Of a DNA stretch of 55,486 nucleotides, positions 28,567 through 38,720 are shown piece by piece. A program made the position numbers and the translations under genes. Below the pieces are notes generated by a model. That model did not search any database. It saw nothing but the letters and a program-made list of their open reading frames with translations, and had not been told where the DNA came from. The stretch is from the NCBI GenBank assembly GCA_964447245.1, contig CAYURX010000001.1, forward strand, positions 1 to 55,486, read 5' to 3'. Each line of letters starts with the position of its first letter. Position 1 is the first letter of the stretch. The DNA is from an uncultured Coprococcus sp. (GTDB taxonomy: Bacteria > Bacillota > Clostridia > Lachnospirales > Lachnospiraceae).

Positions 28567-29180
28567 TGGCCGATGCGCATATTCAAAATGACCATCCGGT
28601 ACTGCATATTGGTGATATCTGCCAGATTTACTGCCAGAACAAAGAAGTGCAGGATTACGTGCAGTGGATACCGGTAACAGCCGTTTGGCCGGATGCCAAC
28701 GGGCGTCTGGTGCTGTCGGCCATGGATATCGTGGAAACCGTGCTGCAGGCGGCAGCAAAACGGTATCCCAAGTTGCATCTGCAATGTGAAAATCTGGGAG
28801 AACAGCAGATGATCATTGAACGGAAAATGCCTGCAAAGGAGAAGTGGTGGCTGACAGGTCTGAAAGTGGCTTTTACCAGCCTTGTTGTTTTTGTGGGGGC
28901 AGCATTCACGATCATGACTTACAATCAGGATGTGGATGTGACAGGCGTCTTTGCGCTCGTTTATCCGATGGTACTGGGCCGGGAGGCAGAAGCACCGGGA
29001 GTTCTGGAAGCGGCCTATGCCATTGGGCTGGCCATCGGAGTCCTTTTGTTTTTCAATCCGTTTACGGCGTCCAGGCAGCGGAAGGAACCATCACCGATTG
29101 AAATTGAAATGGAAAAATATGAATCGGATATACAGGATACAATTCTAAAGATGAACGGGAGGGACGGCACAGGACGTTGA
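28542..29180 (+). CDS. spoVAA: Stage V sporulation protein AA
   Basis: FVGAAFTIMTYNQDV, YAIGLAIGVLLFFN, EPSPIEIEMEKYE; follows sigF. Confidence 0.9.
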   Translation: MDTVIIYIMADAHIQNDHPVLHIGDICQIYCQNKEVQDYVQWIPVTAVWPDANGRLVLSAMDIVETVLQAAAKRYPKLHLQCENLGEQQMIIERKMPAKEKWWLTGLKVAFTSLVVFVGAAFTIMTYNQDVDVTGVFALVYPMVLGREAEAPGVLEAAYAIGLAIGVLLFFNPFTASRQRKEPSPIEIEMEKYESDIQDTILKMNGRDGTGR

Positions 29181-29206
29181 CAGGGCACCTGCGTTTAAGT
29201 TATAAT
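29177..29206 (+). promoter_or_regulatory. Consensus sigmaA promoter for the asl-racD-murE operon
   Basis: TTGACA (contains the spoVAA TGA stop)-N18-TATAAT. Confidence 0.8.
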
Positions 29207-29240
29207 GTATGGATACAAATGGAAAGGAAAGGCGAGATAC

Positions 29241-30452
29241 ATGAATTTTGTCGAGAGAGAATTTATTCCGGTACTGCTCGGCGGCGATATCAACACCTAC
29301 AGTGTTGCCCGCGCTTTTTATGAACGGTATCAGGTAAAATCCTATATATTTGGCAAATACGCAACAGGGCCAAGCTATCAGAGTAAGATCATTGAGTATA
29401 AGGCGAATCCGAAGATCGACACGGATGACTTTTTTTTGAAAACGGTCAATACATTCGCGAAAAAACATGCGGACAAGAAGATCGTGCTGGTGGGCTGCGG
29501 TGACAGCTACGTGGCGCTGGTGAGCAAGCATAAGAACGACCTGGCTGCCAATATTATTGCGCCGTATATTGATTTTGATTTAATGAACAGCCTGCAGCAG
29601 AAAGAGACTTTTTACCGTCTCTGTGAGAAGCATGGCGTTGATTATCCGGGCACCTTTATTCACAGTAAAGAGATGGGGAAGGATTTCAAACTGGATTTCC
29701 CGTTTCCGGTGATTTTAAAGCCATCGGACGGTATTCAGTACTGGGAGCATCCGTTTGCCACTCAGAACAAGGTATACACCATTCATGACAGAGAAGAACT
29801 GGAGAAGGTACTGGATGATATATATGGCGCCGGTTACAACGGCAAACTGATCATACAGGATATGATTCCGGGCAATGATGAGTATATGCGCGTTCTCACC
29901 TCTTATTCCGATCATAACGGCAAGGTGAAGATGATGTGTCTCGGTCATGTGCTGCTGGAGGAACATACGCCGCATGGCCTGGGTAATCATGCGGTCATCA
30001 TCACAGAGCCGAATAAAGAACTGATGATGCGTGTGAAAAATTTACTGGAAGAACTGCATTATGTGGGCTTCTCCAATTTTGATATCAAATACGACCAGAG
30101 AGACGGCAAGTTCAAATTCTTTGAGATCAATACCCGCCAGGGACGCAGCAATTACTATGTCACCGGTTCAGGGTTTAACGTGGCCGAATACATCGTCGAA
30201 GATTATGTTTACGGCAGGGAACTGCCGCTGCGCTATGCAAAAGAAGAACATCTGTGGATGGTCGTACCGAAGGCCGTAGCCTTCAAATACGTCAAAGACC
30301 CGAAATCAAAAGCAAAAATGAAACGGCTGATCAAAGAAAAGAAAGTCGTCAATCCATGCTTTATGAAAGGCGATCTGGGAATGCCAAGACTGGCGCGCAT
30401 GATCAAAACCCACCTCAGCCATTATAAGAAATTTAAGAAGTATTATAGTTAA
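29241..30452 (+). CDS. ATP-grasp carboxylate-amine ligase, D-aspartate ligase (Aslfm/YxbA-like)
   Basis: PVLLGGDINTYSVARAF, FPVILKP, IQDMIPGND, GFSNFDIKYD, FEINTRQGRSNYY; next to an Asp racemase and MurE. Confidence 0.82.
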   Translation: MNFVEREFIPVLLGGDINTYSVARAFYERYQVKSYIFGKYATGPSYQSKIIEYKANPKIDTDDFFLKTVNTFAKKHADKKIVLVGCGDSYVALVSKHKNDLAANIIAPYIDFDLMNSLQQKETFYRLCEKHGVDYPGTFIHSKEMGKDFKLDFPFPVILKPSDGIQYWEHPFATQNKVYTIHDREELEKVLDDIYGAGYNGKLIIQDMIPGNDEYMRVLTSYSDHNGKVKMMCLGHVLLEEHTPHGLGNHAVIITEPNKELMMRVKNLLEELHYVGFSNFDIKYDQRDGKFKFFEINTRQGRSNYYVTGSGFNVAEYIVEDYVYGRELPLRYAKEEHLWMVVPKAVAFKYVKDPKSKAKMKRLIKEKKVVNPCFMKGDLGMPRLARMIKTHLSHYKKFKKYYS

Positions 30453-30458
30453 TTTACT

Positions 30459-30602
30459 GTATAAGTCCAGTCTCAAAACAGAGACGGATGGGCTGCTTGC
30501 AGTTCAGCCCGGATTCCGAATGCCTGTAGCCTTGCGGGAGTGCGTATGCACGAAGCAAGGCGTGGACTTATACGCATGGCAGTGCCTGCGGAAGCAGGCT
30601 GC
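30459..30602. other. Multi-hairpin palindromic intergenic element
   Basis: GTATAAGTCCA...TGGACTTATAC closes inner hairpins GTCTC/GAGAC, GGGCTG/CAGCCC and GCCTTGC/GCAAGGC; followed by GCCTGC-GGAA-GCAGGC. Confidence 0.6.
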
Positions 30603-30627
30603 AAGTTTAGTATAGAAAGGACAGCAA

Positions 30628-31332
30628 ATGCGAGCAAAATTAGGTGTTATTGGCGGTATGGGGCCGGAGGCTACCAGCTATTTTTATGAGGAAGTCATTG
30701 CACATACAAAAGCGTCCTGCGATCAGGATCATATTGATATGCTTATATTGAATCATGCGTCCATGCCTGACCGGACAAAGGCCATCATCACCGGAGAACA
30801 GCAATTGCTCCTTGAAACAATGGGACAGGATGTGAAGCTGCTGGAAGGCTGGGGCGCAGGGCATATCGCCATTCCATGCAACACTTCCCATTATTTTTAT
30901 GATCAGATACAGGCAAAAACCAGCGTGCCGATCATTCATATGGTACGGGAAAGCGTGCATGATGCGGCGCGGATGGGTGAGCATGTCCGCCGTGTCGGTA
31001 TTATGGGGACAGACGGTACCATACGGGCCGGGATCTATGCCAGGGAATGTCAGGCGCTGGGGCTTGAGGCGGTTGTGCCATCCAGAGAGCGGCAGCAGGA
31101 TGTCATGTCCCTGATCTATGATGACATCAAAGGCGGCAGGCCGGGGGATCCGGCCAAATTTGAGCGTACGTTTACTGAATTAACAGAAAAAGGATGCGAT
31201 GTCATCCTTTTGGCCTGTACGGAGATTTCTGTATTTAAAAAGAATTATACTGTGCCGGATATATGCCTTGACGCCATGGATGTTCTGATCAGGGAATCCA
31301 TTGTGCGTTCAGGGGCGGTTTATACTGAATAG
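30628..31332 (+). CDS. Aspartate racemase (RacD/RacX family)
   Basis: GVIGGMGPEAT, DQDH, two-cysteine motifs IPCNTSH and LACTEIS. Confidence 0.88.
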   Translation: MRAKLGVIGGMGPEATSYFYEEVIAHTKASCDQDHIDMLILNHASMPDRTKAIITGEQQLLLETMGQDVKLLEGWGAGHIAIPCNTSHYFYDQIQAKTSVPIIHMVRESVHDAARMGEHVRRVGIMGTDGTIRAGIYARECQALGLEAVVPSRERQQDVMSLIYDDIKGGRPGDPAKFERTFTELTEKGCDVILLACTEISVFKKNYTVPDICLDAMDVLIRESIVRSGAVYTE

Positions 31333-31350
31333 TCGGAGGAGGCAGCACAG

Positions 31351-32883
31351 ATGAAAAATGATACATTAAAAACCTATGCAGATTTGATGACATCTCTTGG
31401 TATGCTTGCGGACAGTGAGCTTTTGGGACAGGAGGATCAGGTCATTACATACTTAACCTACAACTCAAAGGCGGCGGTGCCGGGCACTTTATTTATTTGT
31501 AAGGGCGCGGCCTTTAAACCGGCGTACCTGGAGGAAGCGATCTGCCGCGGAGCTGTGGCTTATGTGTCGGAACAGCGTTACGAGCTGGCCCGGCCGGTGC
31601 CGTGTATCCTTGTGAAAGATATCCGTCAGGCGATGCCGCCTCTGGCGGAGAGGTTCTTTGACCAGGCATGGCGGGATCTGACCATTATTGGATTTGGCGG
31701 GACAAAAGGCAAATCTACTTCGGCCTATTATATGAAGGCTGTTGTAGATGATTATATGGCAGCCACAGGCGGCAGGGAAAGCGCGGTTCTGTCTTCCATC
31801 GATATTTATGATGGCGTGATCCGGCAGGAATCCCATATTACGACGCCGGAGTCGGTGGAACTGCATGAGCATATGCGTCATGCAGTGGATAGCGGCATTA
31901 CTTTTATGGAGATGGAAGTTTCCAGTCAGGCATTAAAATATGACCGTGTGGACAATATGCGTTTTGATGTGGCGGTTTATCTGAATATTTCGGAGGATCA
32001 TATCAGTCCGATCGAGCACAAAGATTTTGAGGATTATCTTTCGTCAAAGATGAAAATGTTCGCGCTGGCGGATCAGGCCGTTGTGAATCTGGACGCGGAT
32101 TTTGCCGAACGGGTGCTGGATGCGGCGAAGGATGCGGGCAGTTTTGTGACCTTCAGCCTGAAGGACGCGTCGGCGGATTTTTACGGGTATGATATTCATA
32201 AAGAAAATGATGAAATTGTATTTTCTGTGAAATGCAGCCGCTTTGATGAGACATTCCGGCTGACTATGCCGGGTCTGTTTAACGTGGAAAATGCAATGGC
32301 GGTGGTGGCGGCCGCGACCCTTCTTGATATTCCGATGGCCTATATTCAATCGGGACTGTACCGTGCCCGTTCCAGCGGCCGGATGGAGCTTTATACGAGT
32401 AAGGACAAACGGGTGACGGCGGTTGTGGATTACGCCCACAATAAACTGAGCTTTGAAAAATTATTCGGTTCTACAAGGGAAGAATACCCGGATCATGATA
32501 TTGTGGCCATTTTTGGCTGCCCGGGATACAAGGCTTATATCCGCAGACGTGATCTTGGTACGATTTCCGGGCGCTACTCAAAGAAAGTGTATCTGGTGGC
32601 GGAAGATCCGGGCAAAGAACCGGTGCAGCAGATTTCGGAAGATATCGCCCAGTATGTGGCGGCTGAAAACTGTCCGTATGAGATCATCGAAGACCGGGGC
32701 GTGGCCATCCACAAGGCAATTTTTGAATGTAAACGGCCGACGATTCTGCTGATCACCGGCAAAGGGAATGAGACAAGACAGAAATACGGCACGATCTATG
32801 CGGATTGTCCGTCTGATGTGGCCTATGTGAAGCGCTATCTGGAGGAATATGACAGCGCCCCGTTTCATGCCATAGAGGATTAA
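31351..32883 (+). CDS. murE: MurE-family tripeptide synthetase, predicted L-Lys/L-Orn-adding
   Basis: GTKGKST, TTPES, MEVSSQ, VDYAHN, GKG; specificity loop is EDPG (not DNPR) and GCPGYK replaces GCGGxR. Confidence 0.85.
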   Translation: MKNDTLKTYADLMTSLGMLADSELLGQEDQVITYLTYNSKAAVPGTLFICKGAAFKPAYLEEAICRGAVAYVSEQRYELARPVPCILVKDIRQAMPPLAERFFDQAWRDLTIIGFGGTKGKSTSAYYMKAVVDDYMAATGGRESAVLSSIDIYDGVIRQESHITTPESVELHEHMRHAVDSGITFMEMEVSSQALKYDRVDNMRFDVAVYLNISEDHISPIEHKDFEDYLSSKMKMFALADQAVVNLDADFAERVLDAAKDAGSFVTFSLKDASADFYGYDIHKENDEIVFSVKCSRFDETFRLTMPGLFNVENAMAVVAAATLLDIPMAYIQSGLYRARSSGRMELYTSKDKRVTAVVDYAHNKLSFEKLFGSTREEYPDHDIVAIFGCPGYKAYIRRRDLGTISGRYSKKVYLVAEDPGKEPVQQISEDIAQYVAAENCPYEIIEDRGVAIHKAIFECKRPTILLITGKGNETRQKYGTIYADCPSDVAYVKRYLEEYDSAPFHAIED

Positions 32884-33395
32884 TTGTAAGGCAGCAGTGA
32901 CTTTATAGCGTCAAAGTCCCCTTTGACAAATCCTTTTTTATCCAGAAGGACGCTGCGGTTCTGACTGCAGTTCAGGATGTATAAATGCTTTGTTTCCTGC
33001 CATTGTTCAGCTTCGGCGTAAGGAATGATCGTTTCCTGTCCGGTGCTGTCGGTGACAGACAACTGAGTGTCATAAAATCTGATCGTTCTTTCAGGTATCA
33101 CGGTGCCGGAACGGGTCATGACTTTGTACCTGTTCCGGTGTTTGCTGCCCGGCAGCATGACGAACAGCCACACGAGCAATGCGCCGAGAAAGACGGATTC
33201 ACCAAGAAGAAAAACCAGGGAGCCGCCGGTGTACACAAGCCAGGCGGCTGCGGCCAGAGAGAGGATCAGCAGCGCGAAGGCCAGCCGGTGGATGGTCTTT
33301 TTATAGGCTTTGTCGGCCGTGACGCTCATGGCTTCATCAAATAAGGCACGGGAGATACGGATATGATTTTCAGCAATGGGTATCGTTGGATGCAT
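32880..33395 (-). CDS. YcxB-like membrane protein
   Basis: Two TMs then IPYAEAEQWQETKHLYIL...LLDKKGF; AGGAGG RBS before ATG 33395; stop overlaps the murE stop. Confidence 0.7.
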   Translation of the reverse strand: MHPTIPIAENHIRISRALFDEAMSVTADKAYKKTIHRLAFALLILSLAAAAWLVYTGGSLVFLLGESVFLGALLVWLFVMLPGSKHRNRYKVMTRSGTVIPERTIRFYDTQLSVTDSTGQETIIPYAEAEQWQETKHLYILNCSQNRSVLLDKKGFVKGDFDAIKSLLPYN

Positions 33396-34209
33396 GATTT
33401 TCCTCCTGTTTGCGTTTGAGCCATGCTTCATCGTCCTCATAGAAAGGAACCTGTTCCGGGAACGCGTCAGCGATGCCTGACTCAATTTGAAAACTGTCGT
33501 TTAAAGTATCATAGATCAGAAAATTGACGGTATACAGGATGAACCAGAAACCGATCAGGGGCAGCAGCACGACGGACCATGGCAGAAACAGTGCCATGAC
33601 GGCCCAGTAGGCGATCTGAAGCAATGTGATGCCGATCGTCTTTGGAAAGAAACGCAGGATAAACAGCAGGCTGTTGCGGACACACTGGCGAAACGGCTGA
33701 CTGAATAGCGCGATCTGCGGCCAGCAGATAGAAAACAGCATGGTGAACAGCAGCAGGCTGAAAATAAAGATGGCAATGGTTCCCCATCCCGGGAAACGGG
33801 TGGACCACCAGAACAGCATGAGCATAAAAATGTAAAATCCCAGCATCAGGCAGAAAAGAACACCCGGCAAAAGGGACTGACGCCAGTTTTGTTTCCATGC
33901 GCGGCGGTAGTTTTCCAGACATTTCCCCGGCGCGTCACGGAGTCCACGGAGAACGGCATCGTACATGCAGGAAAGAGCCGGACCGGCGAAAAGTCCGCCA
34001 ATGATACAGGCAGGGATGAGAATCAGCACACTGGTTGAGAGAATGGCCAGTGCGACACCGATGCCAAAAGGCAGAAAACCAACCAGCGTCAGCAAATTCG
34101 TTATCAGAAACTTCTTAATATTCCGTTCTAAAACATCCGTATATCTTGGAAAGCCTGTCAGACGATTGCCGTTTGAAATATAAGCATCCGGTCGAAATAA
34201 AGATCCCAT
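33370..34209 (-). CDS. YesL/DUF624-like integral membrane protein
   Basis: NLL...GPALSCMY...YRRAWKQNWRQS pattern typical of sugar-locus accessory proteins. Confidence 0.72.
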   Translation of the reverse strand: MGSLFRPDAYISNGNRLTGFPRYTDVLERNIKKFLITNLLTLVGFLPFGIGVALAILSTSVLILIPACIIGGLFAGPALSCMYDAVLRGLRDAPGKCLENYRRAWKQNWRQSLLPGVLFCLMLGFYIFMLMLFWWSTRFPGWGTIAIFIFSLLLFTMLFSICWPQIALFSQPFRQCVRNSLLFILRFFPKTIGITLLQIAYWAVMALFLPWSVVLLPLIGFWFILYTVNFLIYDTLNDSFQIESGIADAFPEQVPFYEDDEAWLKRKQEENHASNDTHC

Positions 34210-34820
34210 CAGTTTTCCTCCTCATCGGCTGTAAAATGGCAGCCATTTAAAAAATCAGTCAATAATGTTTCCAAATCTTCTGTATAATTTTCAAGGCAGG
34301 TCAGTTCCGCACAGACGGCGGTGCTGCCGTGAACGGTGAATGCGGATACGCCCCGGTCATAAGGATTGTTTTCACCTGTGCAGTTGTAGGTAAGTAAGGT
34401 ATAGGTCTGTCCGTTGAAAGTGCGTTCATCTTCCGACTGTATGTCATAATTTTCTCTGGCGGCGGCCAGCCAGGAAGCGCAATTGCCGGAGGCTTTATCT
34501 TCACTGGCATTTTCACTTGTAAGGAAATAAAGCTGGGCGTCATAGAGGTCGATGGTGTCCCCCTCGCTGTTTTCGTAAGGGACGGAATCACCGGCAGTCC
34601 ATGTGGCGTAGTATAAGCCATCGGCGGCCAGAACTTCTTTATTGTCCAGCAGTGTGAGCACGTCGGGCGCGTCAACCGTTAGATGCGTACCTATTTGAAC
34701 GGATTCCTCCTCTGCACCGTTGCTGCCGGAGACAGTCTTTGAGGATGCGCAGCCGGCCAGCAGTACAAGCAGGCCAAGGGGCAGCAGTAATTTGATTTTC
34801 CTGATGATTGATCTTGTCAT
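34209..34820 (-). CDS. Hypothetical lipoprotein
   Basis: Lipobox LAGC; acidic soluble domain. Confidence 0.75.
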   Translation of the reverse strand: MTRSIIRKIKLLLPLGLLVLLAGCASSKTVSGSNGAEEESVQIGTHLTVDAPDVLTLLDNKEVLAADGLYYATWTAGDSVPYENSEGDTIDLYDAQLYFLTSENASEDKASGNCASWLAAARENYDIQSEDERTFNGQTYTLLTYNCTGENNPYDRGVSAFTVHGSTAVCAELTCLENYTEDLETLLTDFLNGCHFTADEEEN

Positions 34821-35485
34821 TGATTGATTCCTCCTTGCAGTTGATCCCAGAGCTGGCTGCAGTCGTCGGCATGATCGCAGCGCCGGTCATCGTAGAAGCA
34901 GCGCCGTCCAAGATATAAAGGCGCCAGCAATTCCTGATTGCTGCCGGCTGTTTCCTCGCCGAGCAGCGTTATTCTGTAGCTGCCAAGGGACATTTCGGAT
35001 AAAAGCGGGCAGTCCGACCAGCGAAAGACTTTGCCTTCAGCGGAAAAATCCGTGTCATCGGGGCAGCCGCCATCGGGTTCTGCCAATACCTGAAATTCCT
35101 GCTGAACAGCTTCCGCATCTTCCATGAGAAAGAAATAACTCTCACAGTCGTTGATATCGCCCATGAGTGTGATCATGGCGGCCTCTTTGCGGGCCATGGC
35201 GTCAGCATCCGTCTCATTTGGAGCGCCGTTGACAAACTGATTGACTTGTATCCGTATTTCGCCGTCCTGATTGTAATCCCCTGCGCAGGCCGCAAAAGCA
35301 TCTTCCAGAGCGGTCACAGTATCATCGGGCAGGGCTATTGTACCTATGTAAGCGATCTGGATATCCGGTGCTTTTTTAAACAGACCCAGACCGTTGCCAA
35401 GCAGGTGAATGATAACACCGAGAACAATTACACCGCAGATAACATACCATTTGTGATAGTACCACCAGTTCTTCATAGGCATCAA
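34817..35485 (-). CDS. Hypothetical membrane-anchored protein
   Basis: NWWYYHKWYVI N-terminal anchor; start/stop overlaps with both neighbours. Confidence 0.75.
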   Translation of the reverse strand: MMPMKNWWYYHKWYVICGVIVLGVIIHLLGNGLGLFKKAPDIQIAYIGTIALPDDTVTALEDAFAACAGDYNQDGEIRIQVNQFVNGAPNETDADAMARKEAAMITLMGDINDCESYFFLMEDAEAVQQEFQVLAEPDGGCPDDTDFSAEGKVFRWSDCPLLSEMSLGSYRITLLGEETAGSNQELLAPLYLGRRCFYDDRRCDHADDCSQLWDQLQGGINQ

Positions 35486-36489
35486 TCCTGCCCTTTTGGC
35501 ATTTCTCTGGTGGTACCGCCGTACGCGTAGGATACAGGCAGGCAGACAAGCGGCGGTTTGGTGGTCATGTTTTCCTGAAGGAGAAGTTCAACGCACATTT
35601 CAGCAATGGCGGAAACAGGCTGCACGATGGTGGAGCAGATGTATTTGCCTTCGCCAAACATGCGGACGCCGTCATAACCGATGACCTGAACATCTTCCGG
35701 AACCCGGATGTTCAGCTTTTTTAATATGCCGAGAACTTCATAGGCAATCAGATCCGTGACGCAGAACAGACCGTCAAAATCCAGCTTGCCATCATGGATA
35801 TGTTCCATAAGAAAGGCTTCAAATTCATCGATCGGTTCGCCATCCTGCAAAATCTTCATACTATAGCTGAGATTCCTTGCGAGACAGCCGTTTTCAAACC
35901 CGGCTTTCCGCTTGTTCGGTTCATTGTTCAGAGAAGAACCGATACGCAGGAAGGCAACATTTTTGCAGCCAAGATCGGCCAGCGTTTCGGCCGCCATCTG
36001 TCCGCCGGCAAAATTGTCGCTGGCGATACATGGAATATGGGGGCCCATGGAACGGTCAATGGATATAAAAGGAATGTTCTCATCCACCCGCAGATCGGGA
36101 TTGTAGGTGAGCCCTATGATACCGTCAACTTTGTTCTGCTGAGCCATCGTAATATATTCCTGTTCAGCCTGGAGATTCGCGTCGGTGCAGCACAGCAGCA
36201 TCCGGTACTTCCTTCTTAATAAGGAAAGATTGATCTGAAAGGACAGACTGCCAAAGAAAGGATTGAATGTATTGGGAATGAGCAGCGCCACTGTATAGGT
36301 TTTGCTGGCCTTTAATCCCTGAGCATAGCTGTTGACCTGATAATTTAATTTCCGGATCGCTTCTTCCACCCGCAGCCGGTAGGATTCGCCAACGGGCAGA
36401 CCGTTAATGACCTTGGATACGGTGCCAAGGGCAACGCCGGCTTCTAAAGCCACATCTTTCATGGTAGGGGCCGAATTTTTATTTCTCAT
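35482..36489 (-). CDS. LacI-family transcriptional regulator
   Basis: TMKDVALEAGVALGTVSKVIN HTH; VPEDVQVIGYDG. Confidence 0.95.
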   Translation of the reverse strand: MRNKNSAPTMKDVALEAGVALGTVSKVINGLPVGESYRLRVEEAIRKLNYQVNSYAQGLKASKTYTVALLIPNTFNPFFGSLSFQINLSLLRRKYRMLLCCTDANLQAEQEYITMAQQNKVDGIIGLTYNPDLRVDENIPFISIDRSMGPHIPCIASDNFAGGQMAAETLADLGCKNVAFLRIGSSLNNEPNKRKAGFENGCLARNLSYSMKILQDGEPIDEFEAFLMEHIHDGKLDFDGLFCVTDLIAYEVLGILKKLNIRVPEDVQVIGYDGVRMFGEGKYICSTIVQPVSAIAEMCVELLLQENMTTKPPLVCLPVSYAYGGTTREMPKGQD

Positions 36490-36507
36490 AAACACACCTC
36501 TTTTTTT

Positions 36508-36736
36508 ATTTCATGAAACTATTATAGTACGATTTCATGAATTTGTAAAGTATAATTTCATAAAATTTCATGAAACGATACACGAAGTAATAATAGACAA
36601 AATGGCCAGAGAATTATTGTTAAAAACGAATAAAAATGGAACTCTGTACAAAAAAATTAGGCAAATTGCTTGACGAAAATGAAAAACGATGCTATTTTTA
36701 TTACAGCGATGAAATAACGTTTCATGAAAATCATGA
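36508..36736. promoter_or_regulatory. Divergent promoter region with repeated TTCATGAA / ATGAAACG LacI-type operators
   Basis: Motif recurs near 36510, 36534, 36567 and 36709-36729; TTGACG-N17-TATTTT at 36670. Confidence 0.6.
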
Positions 36737-36839
36737 TTTAAAACGCTGAGGCAGTTAAACATGGCCAGTTAACCGCCAGAGAAACATGGCCGGGAAGACC
36801 GCGCGCTTTTTCCGGCATAGAAAAGGAAGGAGAGATGTT

Positions 36840-37778
36840 ATGAGTAAGGTAAAAACAGCAGCGCCGACGGGTAGTATTGGCAAGAAGCCATTATCACAGC
36901 GTATAGGCGCTTACTGGCAGTTGTATTTAATGCTTCTGATTCCTGTGTTACTGACGATTATTTATAAGTACATACCAATGTACGGCATTCAGATCGCATT
37001 CCGGGATTACAAATCGGTTCGGGGAATGTGGGGGAGCGACTGGGTTGGCTTCAAATGGTTTGCCCGTTTCTTCAGTTCACCAAACTGTCTGCGTATGATT
37101 AAAAATACGATTTTGTTGAGCCTGTACAGTCTGCTTTGGAGTTTCCCGATTCCAATTATACTGGCTTTGATGATCAATCAGCTTCGTTTTAATAAGTTTA
37201 AGCGAACGGTACAGACGGTTCTTTACGCACCGCATTTCATTTCTATCATGGTTGTATGTGGTATGCTGCGTATATTCTTAAGCCCGTCCGGCGGTCTGAT
37301 CAACCTGCTTGCGGGAACGACGATCGATTTTCTCTCTGAGGCATCTGCTTTCAGAACGATTTACATAGCATCGGGTATCTGGCAGGATGCAGGCTGGGGG
37401 ATCATTGTTTATATGGCGACGCTGGCCAATATTGATACTTCCCATTATGAAGCGGCTAAAATTGACGGCGCTTCCATGTTCCAGCGTATCCGGTATATTG
37501 ACCTGCCGGAACTGGTGCCGCAGATCGTGCTGATGCTCATTATGAGCGCCGGTAATCTGATGAATGTCGGATTCGAAAAGGTATTCCTGCTTCAAACAGA
37601 TCTGAACAAGGCAACCAGTGATGTCATTGCCGTTTATGTTTATCAGCAAGGTATTGAACATGCCAAGTACAGTTATTCAACGGCCGTCGGTTTGTTCAAC
37701 ACTGTCGTCAACGTCATCCTGCTGATTATCGTGAACAAGATAACAAGTAAAATTTCTGATGATGTAAGTTTTGTATAG
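36840..37778 (+). CDS. Carbohydrate ABC permease (LplB-like)
   Basis: YIPMYGIQIAFRDY, APHFIS, HYEAAKIDGA, GFEKVFLLQ. Confidence 0.9.
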   Translation: MSKVKTAAPTGSIGKKPLSQRIGAYWQLYLMLLIPVLLTIIYKYIPMYGIQIAFRDYKSVRGMWGSDWVGFKWFARFFSSPNCLRMIKNTILLSLYSLLWSFPIPIILALMINQLRFNKFKRTVQTVLYAPHFISIMVVCGMLRIFLSPSGGLINLLAGTTIDFLSEASAFRTIYIASGIWQDAGWGIIVYMATLANIDTSHYEAAKIDGASMFQRIRYIDLPELVPQIVLMLIMSAGNLMNVGFEKVFLLQTDLNKATSDVIAVYVYQQGIEHAKYSYSTAVGLFNTVVNVILLIIVNKITSKISDDVSFV

Positions 37779-37788
37779 GAGGTGCAGC

Positions 37789-38697
37789 ATGGGAAAGAAA
37801 AAACAAGCCGGACAGCTCCGGGGATTGTCAGATAAAACCAGTGATATTATTCTGGTTGTGATTTGCCTTTTCATTGTACTCCTGGTTGCCTATCCGCTGT
37901 ACTATGTGTTGATTGCTTCTGTTTCCAATCCGTATGATGTGTATGCGGGAAAGACGTTTTTGCTGCCAAGCGGATTTACGCTGGATGGTTATAAAGCGGT
38001 ATTCGCGGATAAGAGTATCATTACCGGTTATATCAACAGTATCAAATATACGGTTGTCGGAACCATCTTTTCAGTGGTGATGGTCTATCTGACAGCTTAT
38101 CCGTTGAGTATTAAGGAATTGCCGGGAAGGAAATTCCTGAGTATTTTCTTCATTATTACCATGTATTTCGGCGGCGGTCTGATGCCAACCTATTTGATCG
38201 TCAGAGATACAGGCCTGATCGACAGCATGTGGGCACTGTTCCTTCCGGGCGGCGTTGCTGTCGGCAATATGATCATTGTCCGTAACTTCTTTGAGCACAG
38301 CATTCCAAAGGAAATGATCGAGGCGGCGGAAATTGACGGTGCTTCAAAATGGACAACTTTTATCAAAGTGGTCGTGCCGCTTAGCCGGTCGATCATGGCT
38401 GTTATGGTCGTCTTCAGTATGGTTGCTTACTGGAATGACTGGTTTACCGCATTGATCTATCTGCCGGGACAGGAAAATGCGCCGCTGCCGCTGGTACTGC
38501 GAAATATCCTGATCAAGAGTTCGGCCAGCGCAAGCCAGGCCAGCACGATTTCCGGCGGTTACGCGGAATTGAACAAACTGACTGAGATGATCAAATTCTC
38601 ATCAATTATTGTTGCGGCTGCGCCGATGCTGATCATTTATCCGTTTGTACAGAAGTATTTCGAGAAGGGCTTTATGGCCGGTGCAGTCAAGGGCTGA
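37789..38697 (+). CDS. Carbohydrate ABC permease (LplC-like)
   Basis: FGGGLMPTY, IEAAEIDGA, YWNDWF, YPFVQKYF...GAVKG. Confidence 0.9.
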   Translation: MGKKKQAGQLRGLSDKTSDIILVVICLFIVLLVAYPLYYVLIASVSNPYDVYAGKTFLLPSGFTLDGYKAVFADKSIITGYINSIKYTVVGTIFSVVMVYLTAYPLSIKELPGRKFLSIFFIITMYFGGGLMPTYLIVRDTGLIDSMWALFLPGGVAVGNMIIVRNFFEHSIPKEMIEAAEIDGASKWTTFIKVVVPLSRSIMAVMVVFSMVAYWNDWFTALIYLPGQENAPLPLVLRNILIKSSASASQASTISGGYAELNKLTEMIKFSSIIVAAAPMLIIYPFVQKYFEKGFMAGAVKG

Positions 38698-38720
38698 TGA
38701 TTGTGGAAGGAGTGAGAAGT

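Noticed and set aside
29241-32883. ATP-grasp, racemase and Mur ligase as a vancomycin-resistance, poly-gamma-glutamate, cyanophycin or RiPP cluster
   Set aside because: The ligase lacks Ddl/Van motifs; no VanH/X/RS, CapBCA or precursor peptide; the motifs fit the Asl-RacD-MurE set better
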